From positions 161,572,001 through 161,636,000 of the forward strand of contig NC_043000.1 of assembly GCF_006345805.1 (NCBI RefSeq): a stretch of DNA of 64,000 nucleotides. Direction: 5' to 3'. This document shows, in pieces, positions 1 to 12,769 of the stretch. Made by a program: the position numbers and the translations under genes. The notes beneath the pieces were generated by a model. That model was not told the origin of the DNA and did no database searches. It worked only from the letters and a program-made list of their open reading frames with translations. Numbering within the stretch: the first letter of the stretch is position 1; every line of letters begins with the position of its first letter. Source of the DNA: Octopus sinensis (Eukaryota).

Positions 1-140
1 CAATATTTGCCATGTAGGGGCTTTTCTTGCCATCGTTTTATCATGATACGTTGCTGTTCCAGTTTTAGTTTGGACTTCAGCTGTTTTACAGCTAGCTTTC
101 TGTATAAGTCCTCTGCGACTTTCGATACGTTGCATACTCT
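1..140 (-). mobile_element. R4/Dong-clade LINE fragment running off the window edge
   Basis: Minus-strand translation KVAEDLYRKLAVKQLKSKLKLEQQRIMIKRWQEKPLHGKY contains the W..KPLHG motif that precedes the CCHC finger in R4/Dong LINEs. Confidence 0.55.
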
Positions 141-146
141 CTCTCA

Positions 147-191
<45 letters not shown>

Positions 192-550
192 TCTCTTTTA
201 CTTGTTACATTCATTTGACTGTGGCAATGCTGGAGCACCGACTTTAGTCGAGCAAATCGACTGCAGGACTTATTCTTTGTAAGACTAGTACTTATTCTAT
301 CGGTCTCTATTGCCGAACCGCTAGGTTACGGGGACGTAAACACACCACTATTGGTTGTCAAGCGATATAGGGGGAACAAACACAGACACACAACCACACA
401 CAGACATATATATATATAGATATAGTTAATCGAAACAAGAAAGCACAAAAAAATACAGCAACGCGAGGACGTGGAACAAATAAAGTATTATTGGACGCTC
501 AGGAAAGAAGGGAAGAAAACGGGCCTCTTTCAGTTTCCGTCTACCAAATC
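192..550 (-). mobile_element. SINE family A (OR1-like CORE-type SINE), 3' half, with a short insert in its internal microsatellite
   Basis: 192-415 matches the reverse complement of the 3' half of the full copy at 19381. The head-side remnant ctttcagtttccgtctaccaaatcc resumes at 526-550. Confidence 0.85.
420..525 (-). mobile_element. Short PLE-terminus-like repeat anchored at (TA)n
   Basis: tatagtt...aagtattattggacgctcaggaa resembles the copies at 47327-47460 and 61965-62100. Confidence 0.4.
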
Positions 551-628
551 CATTATTATTTTTTTATGACTATTATTATTATCATTATTATTATTATTAT
601 TATTATTATTTCCAGTTTTATTATTATA

Positions 629-665
<37 letters not shown>

Positions 666-883
666 TATGTTTGACTTTTGCTTTATATTTGTACAAGTTG
701 GCTCCAAGTCTCACCCAGAGACCTCAAGAGACAACAGGGTTGGAAGTTCATGTTGTTGTTATGCCTAGTGTGCCATATATTTGGGGGGTGGGGGTGTTGT
801 ACTAATGAATGTCCAAAAAAAAAAAATTTTTTTTCTTTTTTTTTCTCTTTAAACCGAAAATTATGTTTGTTTTAAACCTTGAG

Positions 884-958
<75 letters not shown>

Positions 959-962
959 TCTA

Positions 963-994
<32 letters not shown>

Positions 995-1180
995 TCTATT
1001 TTTATTATTATCATTATTATTATTATTATTATTCTATTTTTATTATTATTATTATATTATATTATTATTATATTATTATATTATTATTATTATTATTATT
1101 ATTATCATTATTATTATTATTATTATTATTTCTATTTTTATTATTATCATTATTATTATTATTATTCTATTTTTATTATA

Positions 1181-1218
<38 letters not shown>

Positions 1219-1265
1219 CTTTATTATTATTATTATCTTTATTATTATTTATTATTATTATTATC

Positions 1266-1328
<63 letters not shown>

Positions 1329-1330
1329 GT
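551..1330. repeat. (ATT)n/(TAA)n microsatellite blocks at 551-660 and 885-1330
   Basis: Directly visible trinucleotide arrays. They explain the poly-I, poly-L and poly-Y ORFs. Confidence 0.97.
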
Positions 1331-2456
1331 TTATTGTCTTTGCACAGCTTCTATCGCTGGAGATGTACTACGATGTCAGCTGTTCACTATCAGTGAACTA
1401 ATTTAACACTTCTTATTTTTCGTGCAGCATCCGGAGTATTCGAGTGCTGTTTTCTGCAAGTGCTCCGCCCTTATTGAAGCCCCTATTTGTTCCATATACT
1501 TCTCAAGATTTTTACTCACTGTTCCCACGGATCCGATGATCATTGGTACTACTACCACCTTTTTATCAACTACAACTGCTTAACCTCCCAAGCTAACCTG
1601 ATATATCTATCGAATTTTCTTCCTTATCGCATACCTTGTTGTCATCTAGGCATGCTATATCTATGATCCAGGATCGTTTGCTTTCTTTTTCAATTAAGAC
1701 TATGCCTGAATTCCTATTCTCTATCTCCTGGTCGCACTAAATCATAAAATCCCATAGGATCTTTGCAGTATCATTTTCGCTGATTTCTTCGGGTTTATGT
1801 TCGTACTGCTTTTTTGCTCTGTCACGTCTATACTTGTTGCAAAGTGTCCAATGGACAATCCTTGCTATATTGTCATGATGCCTCTTATATTCTTTCTGAG
1901 ATAGTGGCGTACATTGACTGGTAATATGCCATACGGTTTCCCCATTTCCTCCCCAAACTCTGTACTTATCACTTTCTGATATGTTGTCTATTCTGTATTT
2001 GATGTAATTCGTTCTTAGTGCTGCTCTTAGGCAGCACAGATTAGAGCCTCCGTTTCTAAAACCCTTATAGTCATCTATAGCCATCTTTTTTCTATATCAG
2101 TCTTATTTTCAACATCGCTATGAAATTGACCATGCATTCTTTTCTTTATCCACCTATGTTCAGTTTCATTCATTCTCAAGTGCTTGTACAGTGCTTTATC
2201 TTTGCAATTTTCCATCCTATACACAAGCCTGACCTTCTTACTTCCAATAAATAGTGGTTCTGTGGCATTTTTTGCATACCATACTGTTGTTTTCTTCTGC
2301 TCTAATGCTGCGTTCGCATCCAATGAGTTCTCTTCCCCCTTTTCTTCTTCCAACATACAATCTGTCTGTGTCACTTTTTGGGTGGAATATTCCATATCTA
2401 GTCAGCAGCTTCCTTGTCGTTCTGTTCAAACTGTCTCCTTCGTCAGACGGAATGAG
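1331..2456 (-). mobile_element. 5'-truncated R4/Dong-clade LINE (post-RT region, CCHC finger, RLE endonuclease, 3' UTR)
   Basis: RKLLTRYGIFHPKSDTDRLYVGRRKGGRELI; KKRMHGQF; ETVWHITSQC..LSQKEYKRHHDNIARIVHW; ILWDFMI; VVVPMIIGSVGTVSKNLEKY. Frameshifted. (TAA)n tail on the left, ATT/ATC repeats on the right. Confidence 0.9.
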
Positions 2457-2465
2457 ATCATTATT

Positions 2466-2498
<33 letters not shown>

Positions 2499-3235
2499 GA
2501 CATTATTATCATTATTACTCTTATATCGCCATCATACTTCTCAATATTATTATCTAAGATGTTGGAAATATATGAGTATTTTCTTTTCTTAAAACAATAA
2601 TTTTGTGCTTCTTAGAAAACATACGTAAAAAGCGTTCAGAGTTCATGCAAATGTTGAAAGTTTAAAAAATGTAGTTCGGGAATGCTCTAACAATATTTGT
2701 ACAGCAAAATGTTTTTATATTCCATAACATACTTATGTCTCATTCTTATAGGTAATCTGCTACTGAAGAGACTTTTTTATCAATCCAGTTGAACTAATTA
2801 CAAATGATATAATAGAGACATTCGTCAACTGCTATAATAATTTTATTTCAACAGTAGGTTAGTCTGCACAACGCTATAATCAGTTGATATTTCTGCGTCG
2901 ATAATTTTCTCTTTATTTTAATTGCTGCCATGGAAAATTGTGTCTGGCATATTGTTCTTTCTAGCAGGTAAACTGTATTACGGATTCATAATATTTTCTC
3001 ATAGACATCTTGTCTAAGACAAAACTAGAGTCGTATAAATAACTCAGGGATTAATTTTAAAGAACTGAAATAGGGTAATTTGATATATGGAAATCATCTT
3101 TGGTACGTTGTTTTGTCGGAGCAAATGTATTTAATAATAGAAATAAAAGAAAAAGATGAACACAATAGATTTTATCCTTATGCAGTCTAGCATTGTTCCA
3201 AGAAGATACAACACAGGTGATATTTATCACGTACA

Positions 3236-3468
3236 AAGGCGGCGAGCTGGCAGAGACGTTAACACGCCGGGCCAAGTACTTCGCGGTATTTCGCCTGCTG
3301 CTACGTTCTGAGTTCAAATTCCGCCGAGGTCGACTTTGCCTTTCATCCTTTCGGGGTCGATAAATTAAGTACCAGTTACGCACTGGGGTCGATGTAATCG
3401 ACTTAATCCGTTTGTCTCTCCTTATTTGTCCCCTCTGTGTTTGGGCCCTTGTGGGTAATAAAGAAACA
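3236..3468 (+). mobile_element. SINE family B (tRNA-derived, Meta/Sauria-like central domain), full length with TSD
   Basis: A-box ggcgagctggcag, B-box gagttcaaattcc, core gcctttcatcctttcggggtcgataaattaagtaccag. 17-bp TSD gatatttatcacg(t/a)aca at 3219-3235 and 3469-3485. Confidence 0.9.
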
Positions 3469-4704
3469 GATATTTATCACGAACATTGTCGGAAGAGTCT
3501 ATTTTTCCTTCAATATATCTAGTGTGAATGACTTACTCTCATCTTGAAAATATTGTTGATTCCATTGCCGCTTTGAGGTGGGATTTATTTATCCAGACCA
3601 GGTTTACTTTTATTGAAAACCGGTCCATGGATGTATTGTTATGGCGTATCTTTATTGGTATTCACCACGGCTGAACTATATGGCATCACTACGTACAATT
3701 TTGTTCTACTTTAAATTGATGCGCCTATTATCAAATGTGGAACCGCGAAAACAGAATCGTAAGAAATTAAGTTCGTAGCACTACATAGATGTACATTTTT
3801 TACATCCTGATTTCAAATCGCGCTGGAGCTAACTTTGCTATTCCATTTTTCTTCGGTAGATATAAATAACTAGACAAAACAAAGCCTTGTTTCTTTATCA
3901 GAAGTTAATATTATCGATATTGAAGAAAACGTGGTGGCTGGCAAATTTGACAGGGCATTAGTCACAATTTCTTGCAGTATTTAGTGAAGTTCATTTATGT
4001 TCAGAGGCTAAATCTTACAGAGATCAATTTTGCTTTTCATGTCTCTTTGATCAATAAGATAAATAACAAAATAAATAACAGCAATATATTGCAAATCGAT
4101 ACAATCAATTGTATTCTTCCTTTATAAATGTGAAGCCTTGTGAAAATGTAAGAAATCATTACTTTTAGTTATGAAGTCAAGTTCAGTGCTGTGCTTAATG
4201 TTACAATACAATGTCTATAATAAAAAAAAATGAGGGTGACATTTTTAAACAAGAATGGAACATGTCGTAGTTTATCAACTTATAAAGTCCTTTTAATGTA
4301 TTATAGTTACCTTAAGAAACAATGCTTACCCATTATATCTTATGTATATAATTTATATTCTATTAGATATTCTAATATTTATATTCATCATATTTCACTG
4401 ATCTGATTTAATCCTTAGCTATAATTTGTTGCTATCTCTCGACACTTCGTCTTTGGTCATCATCGATATACATTTACTCTGTATCTATTAATTATTGTTA
4501 TTACGAAGCTATATTACGTTGAAGAGTCGTTAGGCGGTCAAGTAGATTATGGCATTCTTCTTTCAGCAAATACATTTTATAATTCTTACAGTCTGTCAAT
4601 GTTGCAGGAGTGTAACCTACTTTAGTAAAGTCATAGGAAAGTATATAGTCACTTATTTTTCGTTTTAGAGCATGCAAAATAAGAGTGACAGAGTGAACTG
4701 GCGA

Positions 4705-4810
4705 CAAAGTGAGTGAATGAGTGAGTAAAATGTGAGTAAGTGATTGAGTGGGTGAGTGAGTGAGTGAGTGAGTGAGTGAGTTACTGACTGAATGAGTGAG
4801 TGAAGGGAGG
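4705..4810. repeat. (GAGT)n microsatellite
   Basis: Visible gtgagtgagt array. Confidence 0.85.
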
Positions 4811-6014
4811 GAATGTGTAAGAAGGGGCATGCATAACAGAGAGTGTGAGAAAGGGTAATAAGGAATGGGGGAAAAAGTTGGTCATTAATCAATGTGATAA
4901 CCATACTCTTCTTATTCCTCTTACGTTTTGGTGCTAGACTCGATAAGAAAACAGTTGTAAAAGACTCATGATTTGGACAAGGCAATAAAGCTTCCACTAT
5001 TCAGTTGTCTGAGAGCGAAGCATTGAAGGAATGTAGAAGATCACAATCGTAAATCGCCAATCTCAACTTTCTGATGGTATATATTCCTGAACGTTAAGAC
5101 CAATGATCGTAAGCAAGGGTGTAAAATACATTTGACAAATCCAAAATATAATACAAGTCCAAAATATCAATATGGATACCAAAGGGTTTCATAAGAAATC
5201 GTAAATCTGCTATTAAGGTCTAGTTTTATTAGCATTGAAAGTAAACGGGGTTAATGGAGAGGCAATGTAATGCATTTCCGGAACCAGACATAAAAGGAAC
5301 CAACATTTTCAAAACATATCTTAGTCTTGAAAAAGGAAAGGTACATTATTGTTGATAAAGCTGGAATGCTTTTGATCAAAAGTATCTTCATTTAAGGCAG
5401 AACCTGTTGATAAACATCAACTACAGTACATGGATAAACTTTTTGTTCCGAGCATATCCATAAGTACGTGGTTATTTTACAGGGTGAGATTATTCTAGAG
5501 GAGGAACACATCAACGGCTGCAAGTCGACATTTCCAAGAAAATATAGACAAGAAGGGAACTCCTTGTGAAGAAATATTGTCTGTAGTGGTTAGTGTGATG
5601 TTTGGAATGAATATAGGTAGTGAGGGAGGAAAAATTAGTGAATCAGCAAGTCAGAATTCTAGGCTGACGACCAAATGTATCCGAAGACGGTACACCTCTG
5701 TATTAGTGTTAGAATGAAAGAGGGTAGAGATAGTAAGTCTGTGGGTCAGTGTGATCGAAAGCAACCCATGCTAATCAATAGGATGACCTAAGCAACGTCC
5801 CAGAATAATTAGCTTGGAGTCCAATGCCTTTTTGAGTCTGCCGAGCCATTTGATTATATATTATATATTATATATTCAATAACAATTCTGGGTATTTACG
5901 TTGCTAATCGAAGGTGATAAAAATCTTAGTTTAATTTGAGTATATCTGAGTGAAATTCTCAAATGGGCTTTTTTTTTACCTTCCTATACTTTAGTTAATA
6001 ATTAATACTATTTA

Positions 6015-6225
6015 AGGCGGCAACATGACAGAATCGCTAACACGCTGGGTAAAATGCTTAGCAGCATTTCGTGTCTTTATGATTTCAGTTCAAATTCCGC
6101 CGAGGTCGACTTTGCCTTTCATCCTTTCGTGGTCGATAAAATAAGTACCAGCTGAGAACTGGAGTCGATGTAATCGACTTACGCCCTCCCACGAAGTTAC
6201 TGGCCTTGTGACAAAATTTGAAACC
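6015..6225 (+). mobile_element. SINE family B, alternative-tail subfamily, with TSD
   Basis: Same head and core as 3236 but a different tail. 18-bp TSD aataattaata(c/t)tattta at 5997-6014 and 6226-6243. Confidence 0.88.
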
Positions 6226-6844
6226 AATAATTAATATTATTTACAACAACTTGATTCCTTCCTCATGATCTCATATTTATGCATCTTCTTACCACTGGGA
6301 TTTAATTACATGTTGACTATCATTTTGTATCTCATCGAAAAAAGCCATCGCTTTGCTTCCACTTAACATTCTTATTGTATATAAATATTTCATTTAACAA
6401 CAATTCAATGCTGACCAATTATTAACACAAGTAATATATTTCCGTGGCCTTCTCAAAATCATATCGGCTATACCTTTATTAACTAAACAGTTATACCGCC
6501 GTGTCCAAAATATTTTAGCTTCCACTTGAATTCAGTCTAATAAACAATTTCAGGTCGTACTTTGAACTGAAGAGGATATCGCACAGCTGTCTAAATAGTC
6601 TATATTCAGCTTCTCTTTTGTTGCCGTATCACTACTTCATTCATCAAAAAGCAGCTGCCACTTAGGCAGTGTGAGAGAAATATATCAGCAACATACTTAT
6701 ATACAAACATACACGCCCACACACACATGCACACGCGCACACATACACACATGCACACAAACAAGCACACACATGTCTGTCTATGTATGTATGTATGCAT
6801 GCATGGATGGCTATGATATTTATATATATATATATATATATATC

Positions 6845-6876
<32 letters not shown>

Positions 6877-7304
6877 GTAATATGAAGCAGAAAAAAATCA
6901 TTGATAATCTAAGCTTTATATATGGGTAAACCTGTGGGTCACATCCTTAGTCTCAGTGTTAAAAGTACATTGTATCGTACTTTTGCTATAACAGCGAGGA
7001 CGTAAGCAGCTGGATTATGGAAATACGCATATATATATATATATATATATAACGATTTAAAATGCCAATTACGTTTTTAAGTCCTTCTTACTATTGTGCA
7101 ACGAACTCTGCATGCAATCCTGTCCAGCAGTTTGATGATTGGTTTATTGGAATATTGTTGATTACCGAACCCAATTTATCTATTAATGTGTCGCATCTTG
7201 AAACAAAATTCAACATTGGTGTGCCTGTATGTGTGTGTGTACGTATGTACGAATGTATTTATTGACGCACGTATATATGTATGGATGTTTGTATGTATAT
7301 CATC

Positions 7305-7430
7305 GGTCAGTTTTATTTCAAGATTTCTTGCCAATAGTTAAAGAGCCAGTTTCTAATCTAAATTCAAGGCTCCTTCATTGGAATTTCAACATCAACAACA
7401 GGGTATTATTGTTTGTATGTGTGTATGTGG
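7305..7430 (-). mobile_element. 3' UTR tip of RLE-type LINE 'X'
   Basis: tttatttcaagatttcttgccaatag...ttcattggaatttcaacatcaacaacagggtatt matches 25225-25330 and the reverse complement of 37995-38100. It ends in a (TATG)-like tract. Confidence 0.75.
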
Positions 7431-9440
7431 TAAGAATCTTTGCCTTACCATACTTCAAAACTACCTCAATCTTTTAATTCCTGAGTCTGTTGATAAACAT
7501 ACCTAGCCCTTCTTTTGGCTAAAATTTATGTATACTGCAATCTATCTCCCTTAATTCTTCTCAGTTCCTGTTCCAAACAGTGTGGTGAGGCATTGAGAAG
7601 GATATGTTGGTATTAGTTTCCAGATCTCTATAACACGTTAGACGATCAGTTAAAAATCGATTAATATGAAATTCTAACCTCCTCAAGCATGACATTAATA
7701 ACTAAACTTATATTGTAAAAGAGATTAAATATGGAAATTGAAGATAACTGGCATCTTTAACATATTGAAACAAGTTCAAAGTTTTACACCTTAAACTTTA
7801 GGTATGGCTCGACAAGGAAGGCATACTTCAAATTTTTTATGTGAAGAAATACTATTATGGAAATCGACATAATCATCTATCAGAACAGAAATAAGGACAT
7901 TTCTAAAATTTGGAACCTTTCAGAAGGTGTGCCAGCATATATAGAATACAATATGAACTCTACCGATTAATAAAATTTCTGAAACGTGTACGTGTACTGC
8001 AAAAACAAGATAATTAATATAAACTGCATGCAAATATTTAGTTTATGCTTAACAGAAAATGTAAAAAATACTTTTTCATAAATATAATAGGAAATACAGA
8101 CAATATTTTGTTCCCGAAAATCACGCAGTAACGCGAAACATCGTCCGCTGATTTTCATGATATAAATGGGGATATTTCTCCAATATATTTGCTTTAAGAA
8201 AATACACCTTATATAAACACCTTACAAAATATCACTTTAAGCATAAAAATTAATTTTTTTTCAAACACGCGCAGTATCCTAAGTAGACAAAAACATTTGA
8301 AGAAAGAAAATAATTAAAGCAATAAGAATGCAGTATTATTGTTGTCGAATGCGGACTTACCAGAAAAGATATTGGCAGCTAGGTGCTGAGATTTAGTGCA
8401 CATTGGAAGAAAAAACGCACAATTTTCCGTCTTATAAAACATCTGCATCATCATTTCCTTCGGAGATTACAAAGTAATCCAAAATTTAATAATGTTTGTT
8501 ACGTCTCATCTCTGCATTGTTTTAGAGTAGGAACTGAGCTCATTATGCACTCATCTTTTGCAAATTTATTATGCATGGATAAATGAACGGAACCGAATAA
8601 TCGCAGGTGGAATTAGAATTTATAAGTACAACTTTTAAAAAGATCTATTCTTAATTAATTCGTTAGACTACTTGTATCATAAATCCAATAAAACATTAAG
8701 CTATATCCATAAACAATCCATCCACCCCAGCCTACTTAAAAAAAAAACGTTTCTATTCGTCTTTAAAATTCCTCATCCTAGAAACGAATATATGCGGATT
8801 CCGCCATGTGTTACAAAGACGTTTTTCCAGATGTCATATCAGTAAGAAAACTAAATACAACGGGGAAACAATCCGAACGGTTAACCATAGAAATAGAAGA
8901 AAAAAGTTACTTTAATACTCTGCTTAATGTAACTGGCGCTATGCCTATAGCCGAGCCTTTATTTGATTACCCACCACCTTTGCATTAAAATCTTAAGTTC
9001 ATTAGCAAAAAATATTCGAATTGTTTACGTCACTGCTCTAAATTTTGTCTAATTCTTGCATAGAAACTTTTAAAATTGAATTAAGCAAACACCAATCTAA
9101 GCACTAGTAATTGTATTTGCATCAGATATAATATTTATCCAGTAGCTTCTAATTTTCTCGCTAAGAATAGTTTGCCAGAGTACTGTACATAACGAAATCT
9201 TCTCTGGGGCATACATTAACTCCACTTTATTAATTTTAAACTTCATTACAATCAACATACCCACACAACAGTACCTTCCTTATCTAGCTTCATTTGGATT
9301 ACGAAAGCTGAGGAAACACACACATCATTTAAGTTCCAATTTCTATACTAGCATGGGTCGGACTATATACATATATTCTTAGACATATAAATGTATGTAT
9401 TATACTTCTATATAATATTTTTGTGTAATATAATATAGTA

Positions 9441-9653
9441 CTTTCTGCTATAGGCACAAGGCCTGAAACTTTAGGGAGGGGACTAGTCGATTACATTGAC
9501 CCCAGTGCGTAACTGGTACTAATTTTATCGACTCCGAAAGGATGAAAGGCAAAGTCGACATCAGCGGAATTTGAACTGCTAACGTAAGGACGAACGAAAT
9601 GCCTCTAACGATTTTGCCCGGAACACTGAAGATTCTGCCAGAACTTCGCCTTT
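9441..9653 (-). mobile_element. SINE family B, alternative-tail subfamily
   Basis: Reverse-complement match to the family B core (ctggtactaattttatcgactccgaaaggatgaaaggcaaagtcgac). Tail resembles that of the 6015 copy. Confidence 0.85.
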
Positions 9654-9684
9654 GTATAATGTATAATATAATATGCAGATATAT

Positions 9685-10090
9685 ACTCTTTACTCTTTTA
9701 ATTGTTTCAGTCATTTGACAGCGGTCATGCTGGAGCAAAGCATTTAGTCGAGCAAATCGACCCCAGGACTTATTCTTTGTAAGCCTAGTACTTATTCTAT
9801 CAGTTTCTTTGCGGGGGACTTATTCTATCGGTTTCTTTGCCGGGGACGTAAACAAACCACCATCGGTTGTCAATCAATGCCGGGGGGACAAACACAGACA
9901 CACAAACATATACACACATACATATATACGACGGCTTCTTTGAGTTTCCGTCTACCAAATTCACTCACAAGGCTTTGGTCGGCCCGAGGCTATAGTAGAA
10001 GACACTTGCCCAAGGTGCCACGCAGTGAGAATGAATCCGGAACCATATGGCTGGTAAGCAAGCTCTCTACCACACAGCCACTCCTGCACC
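9685..10090 (-). mobile_element. SINE family A, full length
   Basis: Complete reverse-complement match to 19381-19770, with an internal tandem duplication near 9790-9845. Confidence 0.92.
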
Positions 10091-11397
10091 TATATGTACA
10101 CACACCACACACACACACACACACTTATATATATATATATATAGTATATTATTATTTATTATAATAGGTATCACTATGAATTTTTGAAAATATTTAAATG
10201 TAATTTCTATTGTACTTTCTCTCGAAAGAGAAAAATTTTGATATTTCATTTGTAAAATTTGGATGAATATTTTAGGAAATATGTCGATTTGAATGGTCAG
10301 CGAATTGGTGGAAATCTTGCCCAATTGGCCTAAATAAATAATTAGCGTTATTCGTGATGTCATAAATTAATAGTTACCAATTGTATAGCTGTTGAGTTTT
10401 TCTGAGCTTGTTAGAAAAGAAATTTAGTGGCAGGAAGAAATTTATTAAATATTTGTGTAAAGCCTATTTAGTTAGCTAACAAACGGTAACTTTTGCGGTG
10501 TTTTTCAAACCTAGGAAAATCCAAAAGTATAAACCACAGAGACTTGCCTTTTGTCACATTTGTAGTAGGTATAAAAAAAATTGAGATTTTGTGACACAAC
10601 ACCATCTCAATAAAATTTTCATAGGCTATTAAAAATGGCTATAATTGCAATTATGATTCATAAGATTTTGACCTTTTAACCTAGTTTGAAAATATACTGT
10701 TGTTCAATACTATCCCCTAGTTTAATCTAATCAGGTCACCCATTTAAGTTGGATTTTCTCCGTTTAACGGAGATTTTTCATCGTGGCCTAGGTGATGGAA
10801 AATTCTTTTGAAAATTCATGAGATTTTATTTCGCCAAGCCTTTTCCCCAACCTCTCTCCCTGACGATCTTGGCTTTTTTTGCGTTACGCGCTAAAATGGA
10901 TGAGAGAAGCCGTTTCGGTTGAAAAAAAAGAATTGAAAATATATTGAAACGAAAAAGATTTAACTGTTTTTTCTAGCATATCCCACGACTACCTGGTACA
11001 TTTTTTAGAATTGCATGTAGGCCAAGATGTAAAAACAAACAAAGCTAATTCCTTGATAAAGCAGTAAAAGCATAAATTAAAGACATTAAAAATACCACGA
11101 AAAACTGCTTATCCTCCAACTCGAAGTATCCATCAACAAGAAATTATCTAATTGCTATCAGCAGAGGTATAGTCTTCTTGCAAATTTTAAGCCACTGACT
11201 GCCGACAACCCGAATATACCACCTTAGTACCAGCTGCTACTCTGCACTGCTTACGTCAAGGTCACCGCCAGCAGCCAACCACATCAGCACGACCTCCTAT
11301 TACCAACCTTGTTATGCGCATTTATACTCATATGCATGCGTGTACGTGCGAGTACGCATATGTACACTAACACTAATATACATGCGTACATGCATGC

Positions 11398-11457
<60 letters not shown>

Positions 11458-11739
11458 CATATGCTCATATGTGCATATAAATGAACACGCATGTGTGTGT
11501 TTGTGTACATGTGTATGTATGCGCGTGTGTGCGCGTGCGCATGTTTGTTCATATGTGACTGTGCGTGTATGTGGGCGTGCGCGTGCGCCCGAGTACAGAT
11601 GCACACATTTGCATCAATACAGACATGCTCGCAAAACCATATGAGCGCGTCCACGCACCCACATATATAACTAAAATACTAACACATACACCCCTTGCTA
11701 CTCCCCCTCCAACAACACAACTGATTTCCAGTCTAGCAC

Positions 11740-12090
11740 GCGGTCGATTTCCTGTTCGCCATGCGGTATTTTCCAAGTAACTGTTGTTCTTGATATCCCG
11801 ATATACCAACATCAAACAACGACACCGCGTGACCTTCCTCGACCAATTACAGCCCACCTTACGGTAGTAACACTTAACTTCCGGCATTCAAATTCAAAAT
11901 GACTGAAGACTAGCATTGCCCTTGAAACTCAGAGTACCAACGATTTTGAATCAAACTGCTTTGATCCATACATGTAACTCCCACTAAATATGCTGAGTGC
12001 CCTTCTTTCGTTTGTCCGAGATTGTCAGAATGATGTAGACACCTCTGATGAGAACTCAATAAGGTTCGAAAATCGATTAAGGTTGTTCAT
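11740..12090 (+). mobile_element. Decayed Penelope-like element 3' end (GIY-YIG C-terminus remnant plus pLTR ribozyme)
   Basis: Weak GIY-YIG-tail-like translation (..LNFRHSNSK*LKTSI...FDPY-MN) followed about 65 nt later by a hammerhead core. The protein similarity alone is weak. Confidence 0.4.
12041..12083 (+). ncRNA. Minimal type I hammerhead ribozyme, intact core
   Basis: Stem I ACCT(12041-44)/AGGT(12080-83); CTGATGA 12045-51; stem II GAAC/GTTC with 8-nt loop; GAAA 12068-71; palindromic stem III AATCGATT (12071-78); cleavage triplet UUA ending at 12079. Confidence 0.8.
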
Positions 12091-12499
12091 CAATTTTCCA
12101 GTCTGCAGAGAAATGGCTAACATTTGCACTCTTTATAACTATACCATATGTTACATATATATATATATATATATACGTATACGTACTAATACATCTATGT
12201 AAATATGCATTTATTAATATAACAATATATACGGGCTCATAGAGAAGTTTTCGATATAAACATATACCCAGCTCACAATGCTACAAAGTAAACATTTATA
12301 GTGAATCTGCCAACTGGTTTATAAACGTAAATTTAATGAATAAAGCATAATAATAAAAAGGACATATCTAAACAGGAGTACATAGAGATTCCGAAGTGCA
12401 GAATTACAGAACCATGTGGTCATCAGATGGTAACGATTTCAATGATATGTAAAAAAATATATAGAAACATAGTTCAGGCATTAAATATGGATATAATAG

Positions 12500-12708
12500 T
12501 GTTGTGTGGATGCCCCAAGATGATGAAGTAGGCGAGCCCAATACGTATATATAGAGAGGGAAGTCAAGGAGAGCAGTGGTGAGTGTTCAGACTATAACAA
12601 GGTAGACTAGAGTCGAGAGTTGAGTAGCAGTCGTCCGAACTTGCGACATAACAGTGGCGACGAGGATGAGATGCTCACACAGCCACTGTGTAGTATTGCG
12701 ATATAACA
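12500..12708 (+). mobile_element. Internally deleted LTR retrotransposon remnant (5' LTR, PBS, last 13 nt of 3' LTR), Mag/Gypsy-like
   Basis: TGTTGTG start at 12500, LTR end TTGCGACATAACA at 12653, PBS-like TGGCGACGAG at 12655-64, second end TTGCGATATAACA at 12708, perfect 5-bp TSD AATAG on both sides. Confidence 0.75.
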
Positions 12709-12769
12709 AATAGACAGGAATGTTATACATCAATGGGTAAAAACTATTTTCACAAATATCAGTTTCTTT

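Noticed and set aside
491-1396. Long ORFs with poly-I, poly-L and poly-Y runs (and all IYIY, MYVC, HTYI, LSIY ORFs elsewhere, e.g. 33090-33810, 42237-42893)
   Set aside because: They are translations of microsatellites with no coding signal.
4501-4700. Non-repetitive open frame (ILHALKRKISDYIL...) as a possible exon
   Set aside because: No recognisable homology, weak splice signals, and ORF length is inflated by the adjacent (GAGT)n.
6566-6592. CTGAAGA-GGATATC-GC-ACAGCTGT-C hammerhead-like string
   Set aside because: GAAA is absent and stem I does not pair. At best a decayed relic.
11902-11940. CTGAAGA...GAAACTCAGAGTA second hammerhead-like string
   Set aside because: Neither stem I nor a closed stem II can form.
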